From assembly GCA_001820935.1 (NCBI GenBank), contig MHRI01000003.1, positions 3,903-50,383 on the forward strand: a stretch of 46,481 bases of DNA, in the 5' to 3' direction. How positions within the stretch are numbered: the first letter of the stretch is position 1; every line of letters starts with the position of its first letter. Below, piece by piece: positions 27,144 to 35,832 of the stretch. Origin of the DNA: Candidatus Taylorbacteria bacterium RIFCSPHIGHO2_01_FULL_51_15 (GTDB taxonomy: Bacteria; Patescibacteriota; Minisyncoccia; Phycocordibacterales; UBA10002). Position numbers and translations under genes: made by a program. The notes beneath the pieces were generated by a model that worked only from the letters and a program-made list of their open reading frames with translations, was not told where the DNA came from and searched no databases.

Positions 27144-27893
27144 ATGAAAACGGTACTTGTCGGCGTGCTGAAATCGCGGGCTGATCTTACCATCCTCCTC
27201 AAAGAAAAATGGTATCGGATTCCACTCCGGTTTTTGCCGAAGCGACTCTTTACGCACATCGCGTTTTATCAGCCGCTCTCGCTCGGGAGGAAGGGAAAGC
27301 GGATCGAATACTACGCCCGCGTCGCAAAGAGAGAAATAAAAAAGCGCATCGAACTTCTTCCAAGAGAGTCTCTGCACCTTCGCGCCTACCACGACTATCT
27401 CAAATGTTCGTTTCGAAAAGTGGAAAAGCTCGAAAGGCCGATTCGCAATACCATCCCGCGCCGCGTCTCTTTCGGCTTTACCGACCTTAAGACGCTTCGA
27501 TCCGCGAAGGACATCTTAGAGCTCTACCACGTCGCGCCGACCGAACAAATTATCGAACAGGAATTACAACGTCGGAATATCTCGGTAACTTCGCAGTATC
27601 GGCTCTCTCTTAATTCCTCCTTTCCTAAAGGAGGTGGCGAATCTTCGAGCCGGAGGATTTTCCGCCTTGACCTGGCTGTTTTCTGCAAAAACGGCAACCT
27701 CGCCATCGAGTGCGACAACCGCAAAGCCCATGCGTCGAAGCGCCAGAAGCTCTGGGATACGCAAAAAGATACTGCGCTCAAAAGAAGCGGTTGGCGGGTC
27801 ATTCGTCTTACCGAAAGAGATATTCTCGAGGATCTTGATACCTGTATCTCCCGTATTCGCACGCACATCAGATCCTTCGGTGGCACCTCTTGA
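27144..27893 (+). CDS. DUF559 (Vsr-like PD-(D/E)XK) endonuclease-domain protein
   Basis: C-terminal RLDLAVFC..LAIECD..H..DTQKDTALKRSGWRVIRLTE; N-terminal WYRIP domain; in-frame repeat at 27611-27660. Confidence 0.85.
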   Translation: MKTVLVGVLKSRADLTILLKEKWYRIPLRFLPKRLFTHIAFYQPLSLGRKGKRIEYYARVAKREIKKRIELLPRESLHLRAYHDYLKCSFRKVEKLERPIRNTIPRRVSFGFTDLKTLRSAKDILELYHVAPTEQIIEQELQRRNISVTSQYRLSLNSSFPKGGGESSSRRIFRLDLAVFCKNGNLAIECDNRKAHASKRQKLWDTQKDTALKRSGWRVIRLTERDILEDLDTCISRIRTHIRSFGGTS

Positions 27894-28028
27894 TAGCCAC
27901 TCTCTTTCTTTTCGTTTGCTTATCTATGTTCTAATTCGCGCGAATAAGCAAATAGACGCAGTGGGCACATTTGTGAGGTTTTTGCATGTCGTTACACATA
28001 ATTTCATCTCCGTATTATACTCTTTCGT

Positions 28029-29822
28029 ATGACCCAGGAAGAAGCCCTGAACATCCTTAAAACCGGAGCCAATGTATTTTTAACGGGGGAGCCGGGAAGC
28101 GGCAAGACGCATACTGTGAATACGTACGTCTCCTACCTCCACTCCTGCGGCGTGGAGCCTTCAATCACTGCCTCGACGGGTATTGCCTCGACACATATCG
28201 GTGGGATGACCATCCACTCCTGGTGCGGCCTCGGCGTACGTTCGCAGCTCTCACCTTATGACCTCGATACGATCGCAGGGAGCCGCAAAGTGATGGAGCG
28301 GATTGGGAATGCACGCGTACTCATCATTGATGAAGTCTCGATGCTTTCGGCCACGATACTCGCGATGACCGACGCCGTGTGCCGCGAGGTGCGTAAGGGA
28401 CTCCCTCGCGGAGAAGATCCGTTTGGTGGACTCCAAGTCATCTTTGTCGGTGATTTTTTTCAGCTTCCGCCGATACATCATCACGATGCAGACGCAAGTC
28501 AGCGCAAATTTACCCCGCGGGCGAAGCCCTCTACGGAGTTCGCCTTTACCGCTTCTTCGTGGCGGAAGGCGAATCCACTTGTCTGCTATCTTTCAGAACA
28601 GCATCGGCAGGAGGATGAAGCATTTCTTGAATTTTTAGGTGCTATCCGTCGCGGCAACGTGGCTGAGCGACACAAGGCACTGCTTCGCACGCGCTACCAC
28701 AAAATTCCTGAGGCCGGAGTCACGGAGCTCTATTCGCACAACGCAAACGTGGACCATGTTAACACGCTGGAACTCTCTAAGCTTCCAGGTCAGCCTAAGG
28801 CGTTTGTAATGACGGGTCACGGCGGAGATTCACTTGTGGTGTCACTGAAGCGAGGGTGCCTTTCTCCTGAAGTCCTCTCACTCAAAGTGGGTGCGCGGGT
28901 CATGTTTACGAAAAATGATGTCTCGGGGCGGTTCGTGAATGGCACGACAGGATTTATCACGGAATTTTCCAAGGACACCCCAGGATCGGAGGGAGACTTA
29001 GTACGGGACGCAGCGGGTTACCCTATAGTCAAAACGGACAGTGGACAGAGGATCCTCGCCGAGCCGCTCGAATGGCACATACAGGACGGAGGGCGGATTC
29101 TCGCGCGCATCACTCAAATTCCGCTTCGGCTCGCGTGGGCGATCACGGTGCACAAGAGTCAGGGAATGTCGCTTGACGCCGCGCACATGGATCTCTCATC
29201 CGCGTTCGAGTACGGTCAAGGATACGTCGCCCTCTCGCGGGTCCGAACTCTGAAGGGACTCTCTCTTGCGGGTCTTAATGCCCGCGCGCTCGAGGTGCAC
29301 CCGGAAATCAAAGATAAAGACAGAGATTTTAGAGCCGAGTCGGAGATGGTGCGCGAAAAGTTTCGGGGGTTGGATACATCCGAACTTCGGCAGATGCACG
29401 GGAACTTTATCCGTGCGATTGGCGGCAAGGTCGGATCGGGTCGCGCCTCCCATCGAAGAAAGGAAAAGACTGACACGCTCGAAGTGACGAAGACACTTAT
29501 CCTCGAGAAACGATCATTACACTCTGTCGCTAAGGAGCGTGGCGTCACTTTGGGCACCATTGTGCGCCACCTCGAACAGCTAAAAGAGAAGGGACGCATT
29601 GTCCCGGAGCGCGACCTGATGCATCTTTCACCCGATCCCGATCGCCTCGCCCTCATGGAGAAAGCGTTCCGTACGCTCCTCTCGCGCATTTCGAGAGAGG
29701 GAGAGGGCGACCTTCGCGACGCCTCCGGTCTTATCAAACTCTCGCCCGTTCGCGCGCTTCTCGACGATTCCTTTTCGTTCGAGGAACTGCGCCTCGCCCG
29801 CCTTTTCCTGCCGGCGTTTTGA
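28029..29822 (+). CDS. Pif1/RecD-like SF1B helicase with C-terminal HTH
   Basis: FLTGEPGSGKT, TASTGIA, GMTIHSW, LIIDEVSM, PFGGLQVIFVGDFFQLPP, QIPLRLAWAITVHKSQGMSLD, GQGYVALSR. Confidence 0.92.
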   Translation: MTQEEALNILKTGANVFLTGEPGSGKTHTVNTYVSYLHSCGVEPSITASTGIASTHIGGMTIHSWCGLGVRSQLSPYDLDTIAGSRKVMERIGNARVLIIDEVSMLSATILAMTDAVCREVRKGLPRGEDPFGGLQVIFVGDFFQLPPIHHHDADASQRKFTPRAKPSTEFAFTASSWRKANPLVCYLSEQHRQEDEAFLEFLGAIRRGNVAERHKALLRTRYHKIPEAGVTELYSHNANVDHVNTLELSKLPGQPKAFVMTGHGGDSLVVSLKRGCLSPEVLSLKVGARVMFTKNDVSGRFVNGTTGFITEFSKDTPGSEGDLVRDAAGYPIVKTDSGQRILAEPLEWHIQDGGRILARITQIPLRLAWAITVHKSQGMSLDAAHMDLSSAFEYGQGYVALSRVRTLKGLSLAGLNARALEVHPEIKDKDRDFRAESEMVREKFRGLDTSELRQMHGNFIRAIGGKVGSGRASHRRKEKTDTLEVTKTLILEKRSLHSVAKERGVTLGTIVRHLEQLKEKGRIVPERDLMHLSPDPDRLALMEKAFRTLLSRISREGEGDLRDASGLIKLSPVRALLDDSFSFEELRLARLFLPAF

Positions 29823-29860
29823 AATGAGTTCTTGATAATTTTTTTAGATTTTTACCTTTA

Positions 29861-30421
29861 ATGGAAAAAACGATTACGCTCGAGAAGAAAACGGTACGCT
29901 ATACGCTTTTGACAAGTAGGAGAGCGAAGCATTTGCGGCTTTCTATCGCGCGCGGAGGCATCTTTACGGTTACGACTCCGCTAAAGATACCGCAAGGCGT
30001 TGTTGAAGCCTTCATAGTGCGAAAATCGGCATGGGTGCTCCGCAATCTTTCGGAGTTCGGGAGATTGCGACGCCTCCGAAAAGTTCCCTCTCGGGGGAGG
30101 CGCGCTCTCTTACTTAGGGAGAGCACCCGAGCGCTCGTACATGAGCGGCTCGCGCGTTTCAATGCCTTCTATCAGTGTCGCTGGGGGCGCGTTTCGGTTC
30201 GCAATCAAAAGCGCCGGTGGGGAAGTTGTTCGCGAAAAGGTAATTTGAACTTTAACTATCGGATAGCGCTTCTGCCTTCGCACCTCGCCGATTACATCAT
30301 CGTGCATGAACTCTGCCATTTACGGGAGCTCAATCATTCCTCGCGGTTCTGGGATCTCGTCGCGAAGACGTTGCCCAATCACCGCGATCTTAAAAGAGAG
30401 CTACGCGAATTTTGTGTCTAA
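29861..30421 (+). CDS. YgjP/DUF45-like zinc metallohydrolase
   Basis: RNQKRRWGSCS, DYIIVHELCHLRELNHSSRFW. Confidence 0.9.
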   Translation: MEKTITLEKKTVRYTLLTSRRAKHLRLSIARGGIFTVTTPLKIPQGVVEAFIVRKSAWVLRNLSEFGRLRRLRKVPSRGRRALLLRESTRALVHERLARFNAFYQCRWGRVSVRNQKRRWGSCSRKGNLNFNYRIALLPSHLADYIIVHELCHLRELNHSSRFWDLVAKTLPNHRDLKRELREFCV

Positions 30422-30432
30422 GAGTGAACCTT

Positions 30433-30592
30433 GTAACTCTCCAACCTCTTATTCTCCCTTTCCTAAAGGGAGTGGCCGTAGGCCGAGGGATTTTTAAAAT
30501 CCTCCGTCCTCGCGGACTCGGCCACCTCCTTTATCCGCCAGCTGGCGGAAAGGAGGAATTCAGACCATTCCTCGGGAGGTGTGGAGAGTTAC
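30433..30592. mobile_element. MITE-like hairpin repeat, copy 3 (160 bp, best-preserved TIRs)
   Basis: GTAACTCTCCAACCTC ... GAGGTGTGGAGAGTTAC; internal CTCCCTTTCCTAAAGGGAG; TCCGCCAGCTGGCGGA sits in the loop of CCTCCTTT..AAAGGAGG. Confidence 0.8.
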
Positions 30593-30608
30593 CGAGCCTC
30601 GCTCATCC

Positions 30609-30645
30609 AAAAAAAAGACGCGAGGTCGCCTCGACCTCGCGTTTT
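30609..30645. terminator. Probably bidirectional terminator
   Basis: A8-GACGCGAGGTCG-CCT-CGACCTCGCGTT-TT. Confidence 0.75.
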
Positions 30646-30659
30646 CCCTGCTTCATCGG

Positions 30660-30854
30660 TTACGGACCGCCTTCTTTTGAAGCACGCCGCGGGATTTTCG
30701 CTCGCTGACTCCCTGCCGCGGCGCCTCCCGGCTGCGTTGGAGGGTAGGTGTCACGCGATCGCCATACGGAGTGATTCTGCGCCGATCGGAGCACGAGGCG
30801 ATCCGCGGTTGCCAGTTTGAGCCTGTGGTATCGAGGAACAATAGGTGTATTCAT
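30660..30854 (-). CDS. Possible small basic hypothetical protein (64 aa)
   Basis: MNTPIVPRYHRLKL..; fills an otherwise empty gap and ends just before a terminator with a U8 tail on this strand. Confidence 0.35.
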   Translation of the reverse strand: MNTPIVPRYHRLKLATADRLVLRSAQNHSVWRSRDTYPPTQPGGAAAGSQRAKIPRRASKEGGP

Positions 30855-30940
30855 CAGTGCCAGTGAATCATCCCGATAACCCGAAGTCAATATTTCGTCG
30901 TATTTACTACGAGGGACGGTAACAGTGGTACAATGAGGAG

Positions 30941-31807
30941 ATGGGAATTCCCGTCAAAAAATTGAAGAGCGGATTTGCACTTCCGGAACTTGGTTTAGGC
31001 ACCTGGGGGATGGGTGGACGTCACGAACCCGATAGCAGTAATGATGAGGCGGAAATCACGGCGATTAAAGCCGCGATCGACGCGGGACTGACTCACATTG
31101 ATACGGCGGAAGTCTACGGCGTCGGACACTCCGAGGAGCTTATCGGCGAAGCGATCAAGGGAGTGAACCGTAGTAAACTCTTTCTCACATCAAAAGTGGC
31201 GAAGGAGAACCATACTTGCGACGGTATCTTGGAGTCCTGCAAAAAGAGTTTGAAACGCCTTGGCACCAGCTATCTCGATCTCTATCTTCTGCATCATTTC
31301 AGTTCGGAGTGTCCCTTGGATGAAGCGATACAGGCACTCGACATGCTTGTAGATCAGAAACTAGTGAGACACATCGGTGTGTCGAACTTTACCAAAGAAC
31401 ATCTGAAAGAGGCGCAAAAATACGCCAAGCACCAAATCGTCTGCAATCAGGTGTACTACAATCTTCAAGCCCGCGAGCCGGAGTCGAGCAGACTTCTCGA
31501 GTACTGCAAAAAGCACGACGTGCTGCTCGTCGCCTACCGGCCGGTGGAGAAGGGGAAACTTTTAGAGGAAGTTCCTCCTCTCATGGAAGAGATGTGCGTG
31601 AAATATCAAAAAACGCCCGCCCAGATCGCTATAAGTTGGCTCATCTCTCAAGAGAATGTGGTAACGCTGGTCAAGACGAGCAATCCTGCGCACCTTAAAG
31701 AAAATGTGGGCGCCACAGGTTGGTACATGACCAAGGGTGACGTGGAAATTTTGCGCCGCGAGTATCCGGGCCAGGCGGCAGTGCCGGAGCAGAATCGACT
31801 AGGATAA
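30941..31807 (+). CDS. Aldo/keto reductase
   Basis: LGLGTWGMG, IDTAEVYG, SLKRLGTSYLDLYLLH, IGVSNF, TPAQIAISW. Confidence 0.95.
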   Translation: MGIPVKKLKSGFALPELGLGTWGMGGRHEPDSSNDEAEITAIKAAIDAGLTHIDTAEVYGVGHSEELIGEAIKGVNRSKLFLTSKVAKENHTCDGILESCKKSLKRLGTSYLDLYLLHHFSSECPLDEAIQALDMLVDQKLVRHIGVSNFTKEHLKEAQKYAKHQIVCNQVYYNLQAREPESSRLLEYCKKHDVLLVAYRPVEKGKLLEEVPPLMEEMCVKYQKTPAQIAISWLISQENVVTLVKTSNPAHLKENVGATGWYMTKGDVEILRREYPGQAAVPEQNRLG

Positions 31808-31808
31808 G

Positions 31809-31831
31809 AAAAGCCACTCTCGCGAGTGGCT
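31809..31831. terminator. Hairpin between convergent genes
   Basis: AAA-AGCCACTC-TCGC-GAGTGGCT. Confidence 0.6.
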
Positions 31832-31855
31832 CGTAGTCTTGTGGCTCATCAAGGC

Positions 31856-32647
31856 TTAGTTCCGTAGCGCTGGAGGTAACTTCACCTCATACGCTAAGCT
31901 GACATTCTTGAAGGACGCCGGAATGGGGAGCACTTCCCGTAAAGCCGATGTTGCTTTCACTGAACATGAAATGACGAAAATCTTCCCCCCGTCGGCGAAT
32001 GCTCCAAGCCCGCTGTCTCCACCTCTGCTGTCGTACAGAAGTAGGGATGATCGAACTCCGCTGCTTTCTCGTACCTCGCCGAGGATTGGTATGTTCTCTC
32101 CGCTTACGACGGAGCGGAGCACGTTTCCCTCTGTATTCGGCCAAAATGTGGTTTTCTTATTTTGAATGAAGGAGCGGTTGCAGATGCCATGAATAAGGGC
32201 ACTTTCTCCCGGAGTACACCAAACCACATCAATTGACAGGGATCCAAAGACGCGGAAGTCATCAACTCTTTCGATGGGGATCCATACTGCAGCTCTTTGC
32301 TGAAGCGGTTTGTAAAAGCCGCGTCCGCGTGTGATCGATGTGGGAAAAAGGTGCTCGCTTGTAATGATGCCTTTAACGCTCCCTCTCGCATCAAGGACGA
32401 TCGTTCCCGTTCCCATTGTCTTTCGTTTCGACTGTTCGTCGACGAAGGCAACTGCCGCGGGCCGCAGGGTCATTGAGCCGTTCGTTTCGCGCACTTTACG
32501 CAGAATGTGCGGATACACCTCAAGATCAACTGCTCCCGTTTTCTTACTCGCAAGGCCTGAAATGACAAGGAGGAGCGTAGAAGCAAGGATACTTAGCGCA
32601 ATAAGGAGCCTTACCCTCACCGGTAACTCACGGAGTAGATTTTTCAT
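31856..32647 (-). CDS. Membrane-anchored trypsin-like serine protease, putative
   Basis: N-terminal TM; GTGTIV, ITSEHLF, IDVVW, GGDSG in catalytic-triad order; TTGACA-17-TAAAAA (32701-32673) supports start 32647. Confidence 0.6.
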   Translation of the reverse strand: MKNLLRELPVRVRLLIALSILASTLLLVISGLASKKTGAVDLEVYPHILRKVRETNGSMTLRPAAVAFVDEQSKRKTMGTGTIVLDARGSVKGIITSEHLFPTSITRGRGFYKPLQQRAAVWIPIERVDDFRVFGSLSIDVVWCTPGESALIHGICNRSFIQNKKTTFWPNTEGNVLRSVVSGENIPILGEVRESSGVRSSLLLYDSRGGDSGLGAFADGGKIFVISCSVKATSALREVLPIPASFKNVSLAYEVKLPPALRN

Positions 32648-32802
32648 AGTTTCAAAGGATCGTTCGATCTTCTTTTTACCGTTAAAGTGACTTTCTGTCA
32701 ATCCTCCGAACCTGAATTCGCATTCTAAAAGCAACAGGGTTTGCAGGCTAATCGCAGAATGGTTCCGCGGAGAGAGAGAAAAAAAGGCAAGGAAGAAAGT
32801 GA

Positions 32803-32838
32803 TTTAGCATGTAAGCACGGCCGTGCTTACATGCTAAA
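32803..32838. repeat. Perfect 36-bp palindrome
   Basis: TTTAGCATGTAAGCACGG followed directly by CCGTGCTTACATGCTAAA. Confidence 0.9.
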
Positions 32839-32936
32839 AGCGATTTTCGGAAGTGTGTTCTCTGAAATTCGAAGACTCTCACGGCGCAGTCCCTAGGCCC
32901 CTTCGCGGGAGCAGTGGGACATGCTAAAGTCTATGA

Positions 32937-33893
32937 ATGCTACTTGGCGGACACGTCTCCATAGCGGGTGGATACAAGGAAGCGCTCCCTCGCGCAAAGG
33001 CGCTGGGCGGAAACGCACTTCAGATGTTCTCGGGGAGCCCTCGCGGGTGGTATTTGCCGAAAGTAACCCCCGCGGAGGCAGAGGTGTATAAAAACATGGC
33101 ACGGGAACTTGGCATCACGGCCTCGTATTTTCACGCTTCATACCTCATCAATCTTGCCGACGATGGGCCAAATGGGAAGCGATCGGTTGAAGCGCTCATC
33201 GCCGAACTTACTGTTGCCTCGGCGCTTGGAGTTCGGGGAAGTATTATTCATCTCGGGTCCTTCAAAGAAGGAAGAGAGAAGGAATATCGAATATCGAATA
33301 TCGAATATCGAAAAAAGGCAGAAATAGGGAAACCTAAAATTCAAAACCTTTTTGAAGCAAAAGAAAAGACGGAAAATGAGAAGAACCAGCAGACATATAC
33401 AAAGCATGAAAGATATCCCCTGCTTATTTCGAATATCAAAGCGGTGCTTAAGCGATCTCCGGAAGACGTATACTTCGTTATAGAAGGCATGGGGACGCGC
33501 AAGATCGGACGTTCACTTGAGGAAATCGCGAACATCGTGAAGGATGTGGGCGATACGAGGGTGCGCGTATGTCTCGATACCTGCCATTTGCACGCGGCTG
33601 GGTATGACCTCTCGACTTCTAAAAAACTTAACGATTTTCTGCATGAGTTTGATTCGCAGATCGGGCTTAAGCGGCTGGAGTGCTTCCACCTCAATGACAG
33701 CCGTGACGAATTTGGCTCTCTTCGAGATCGGCACGAAAACATCGGGGAAGGCAACGTGGGGAAACAGGTCTTCAAGCTTCTCCTCAACCATCCTAAACTC
33801 CGAGATCTTGCGTTCCTGCTCGAAGTTCCCGGTTTTGCCGATACGGGCCCAGACAAAGAAAATATGGATATCCTCAAGTCTCTTATCGCATAG
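32937..33893 (+). CDS. nfo: Endonuclease IV with low-complexity insertion
   Basis: GGHVSIAGG, HASYLINL, IIHLGS, VCLDTCH, HLNDS, DRHENIGEG, LEVP. Confidence 0.93.
   Translation: MLLGGHVSIAGGYKEALPRAKALGGNALQMFSGSPRGWYLPKVTPAEAEVYKNMARELGITASYFHASYLINLADDGPNGKRSVEALIAELTVASALGVRGSIIHLGSFKEGREKEYRISNIEYRKKAEIGKPKIQNLFEAKEKTENEKNQQTYTKHERYPLLISNIKAVLKRSPEDVYFVIEGMGTRKIGRSLEEIANIVKDVGDTRVRVCLDTCHLHAAGYDLSTSKKLNDFLHEFDSQIGLKRLECFHLNDSRDEFGSLRDRHENIGEGNVGKQVFKLLLNHPKLRDLAFLLEVPGFADTGPDKENMDILKSLIA
33282..33309. repeat. (GAATATC)4 perfect heptamer array inside nfo
   Basis: Four exact copies; same unit as the intergenic array at 8534. Confidence 0.9.
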
Positions 33894-33905
33894 TATACTT
33901 TTCGA

Positions 33906-34718
33906 ATGGACACTATCACCGCGATACTCCTCGGCGTTGTCGAGGGCATCACCGAATTTTTGCCGGTCTCATCCACGGGACATCTTATTCTTGTCTCGGA
34001 TCTTCTTGGTTTAGAGCATACGGAATTTTTGAAGAGCTTCGAAATAGCAATTCAGCTCGGAGCGATTTTGGCGGTGGTGCTCTTGTACTTTAGAAAACTC
34101 TTTTTCGAAAGGGGAGTTCTCGCGCGCGTAGTTACAGCCTTCGCGCCTACCGCGATACTCGGGGGAATCCTTTACCCGGTCATCAAAACGTATCTCATCG
34201 GAAACAGCGGTGTGGTACTCATTGCGTTATTCCTCGGAGGTGTGTTTCTCATTTTCTTTGAGCGTTGGTATAAGAAGAAAAATCCCCTTTCCACAAATGG
34301 AGAGGAGGGGCAGGAAGGGGCGAAATTGGACTTCCCCTCGCTCCAGCGCATCACCTTCCGGCAAGCGTTCATTATCGGCCTCTGCCAATCGGTCTCGATG
34401 ATACCGGGCGTATCGCGCGCGGCGGCGACCATTATCGGCGGCCTCGCCCTCGGCCTTAGTCGGGAAGTCATCGTTGAATTTTCGTTTTTACTCGCGATAC
34501 CCACGATGGCGGCGGCGACCGGATTTGACTTACTGCGGAGTGTGGAATCGTTTTCAGGGAATGACTGGTCTCTCCTCGCCGCAGGTTTTCTCGCCGCCTT
34601 TGCATCCGCTCTCCTCGCGGTGAGGTTCCTTGTTTCATTTATCAAACGCCACACCTTCATCTCTTTTGGTTTTTATCGGATATTTGCCGCGCTGATTTTC
34701 TTTCTTATCTTGTTTTAG
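33906..34718 (+). CDS. uppP: Undecaprenyl-diphosphatase
   Basis: EGITEFLPVSSTGH, IQLGAILAV, PGVSRA, EFSFLLAIP. Confidence 0.95.
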   Translation: MDTITAILLGVVEGITEFLPVSSTGHLILVSDLLGLEHTEFLKSFEIAIQLGAILAVVLLYFRKLFFERGVLARVVTAFAPTAILGGILYPVIKTYLIGNSGVVLIALFLGGVFLIFFERWYKKKNPLSTNGEEGQEGAKLDFPSLQRITFRQAFIIGLCQSVSMIPGVSRAAATIIGGLALGLSREVIVEFSFLLAIPTMAAATGFDLLRSVESFSGNDWSLLAAGFLAAFASALLAVRFLVSFIKRHTFISFGFYRIFAALIFFLILF

Positions 34719-34732
34719 GTATACTCCTTTGC

Positions 34733-35656
34733 ATGAGAAAAATCTGCATAGTAGGCCTGTTCCTTCTCGCTCTCCCCAGTCTCAGTTTTGCCGCGACGAA
34801 CTATGATCCACAGAGCGTCGGGGCGGGGAATCCCGAATTACACATCAAACCGGACGGCTCTGTGGTGCTAAGGAGCGCCCGTGTCGACCAGATAGCCGGC
34901 ACGACGTTGTACCTCGGGATTGTGTGGGGAGCGGTACCGATGCGCTTTACGATGAAAACCGATAGCCGTACGACGCTCACTAAGCGCTTTGGTGGAAGCG
35001 CGTTGATCCCGCAGATACGGATTGGCGACTATATCGATGTCGAAGGTGAATTTTTCGTCGGCTCCGACTTTTTCGGGGTGAACGCGCTTCGCGTGAAGGA
35101 CTGGTCGCTTCAGGAGGAAGCGGGAGCATTTTCCGGCGTCATTGCGGAAGTTCTTTCCGATGAGCGCTTTACACTCCTTACCCCTTCGAAACAGACTATC
35201 TCGGTCCGCCTCTCGACTACCTCCGCCGTCTCGATCAGCAAGGGAGCAGTCACTATTCCGTTTGGTCGTTTGCGAAAAGGCGATGCGATCCCCCTCATTT
35301 CTGGCGTCTATGACCACGCGCAAAACCGACTCACCGCCGATAAGATTCTGATCTATCAGGCAAAAAGCGAATTTACCCCTCGAAATTTCGAGGGAACATT
35401 AAAGCGTGTGGACGCTGGCGCCGCCCCCGAAGACACCTCTTCCGCCAAGCTGGTTGTGGCCGTCGGGGGAGTGGAGTATACGGTACTTGTTGGCCCCACG
35501 ACCGAGGTACTTTCCAAGAACAGGAAAAAGGTGGTTCTCGGACGGTTTGTCGTCGGCGACACTATTCGATTTTATGGGGCCGTTAAAGAGGAAGACAAGA
35601 TACTTCGCGATGAGCTCATCGTGGAAGCGAAGGTTATTCGGAATTTAAACCTCTAG
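34733..35656 (+). CDS. Secreted protein with three OB-fold-like (DUF5666-like) repeats
   Basis: Signal peptide; repeats ending IGDYIDVEG, KGDAIPLISG, VGDTIRFYG. Confidence 0.65.
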   Translation: MRKICIVGLFLLALPSLSFAATNYDPQSVGAGNPELHIKPDGSVVLRSARVDQIAGTTLYLGIVWGAVPMRFTMKTDSRTTLTKRFGGSALIPQIRIGDYIDVEGEFFVGSDFFGVNALRVKDWSLQEEAGAFSGVIAEVLSDERFTLLTPSKQTISVRLSTTSAVSISKGAVTIPFGRLRKGDAIPLISGVYDHAQNRLTADKILIYQAKSEFTPRNFEGTLKRVDAGAAPEDTSSAKLVVAVGGVEYTVLVGPTTEVLSKNRKKVVLGRFVVGDTIRFYGAVKEEDKILRDELIVEAKVIRNLNL

Positions 35657-35697
35657 ATGCTATTGCTTCCCTCGCCCTTTCAGAGTACCTTTCTAGG

Positions 35698-35824
35698 TTA
35701 GGGCTTCACGAGTACATAAAAAAGGAGGGACGTCTCAACGGAAAAAGGGAGATGGCCTCTGGTCCACCTATCTTACATGTTCTCTGTGCATACGGAAACT
35801 GGAAGACTGGACCAGAGGTTTTTT
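35698..35824 (+). ncRNA. Candidate small RNA ending in a long hairpin with U-tail
   Basis: TTGCTT-17-TACCTT at 35663-35691; CCTCTGGTCCA/TGGACCAGAGG stem (35756-35818) with a partly paired 41-nt interior and T6 tail. Confidence 0.3.
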
Positions 35825-35832
35825 ATTGTCCC

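Noticed and set aside
27036-27392. N-terminal extension of the 368-aa minus-strand ORF
   Set aside because: Largely antisense to the well-supported DUF559 gene; family similarity starts at MMPLAEL (27035).
32889-32920. SRP RNA domain IV-like hairpin (TAGG/AGCA internal loop)
   Set aside because: No GNRA tetraloop, no asymmetric loop or long flanking helix, and it abuts the nfo promoter.
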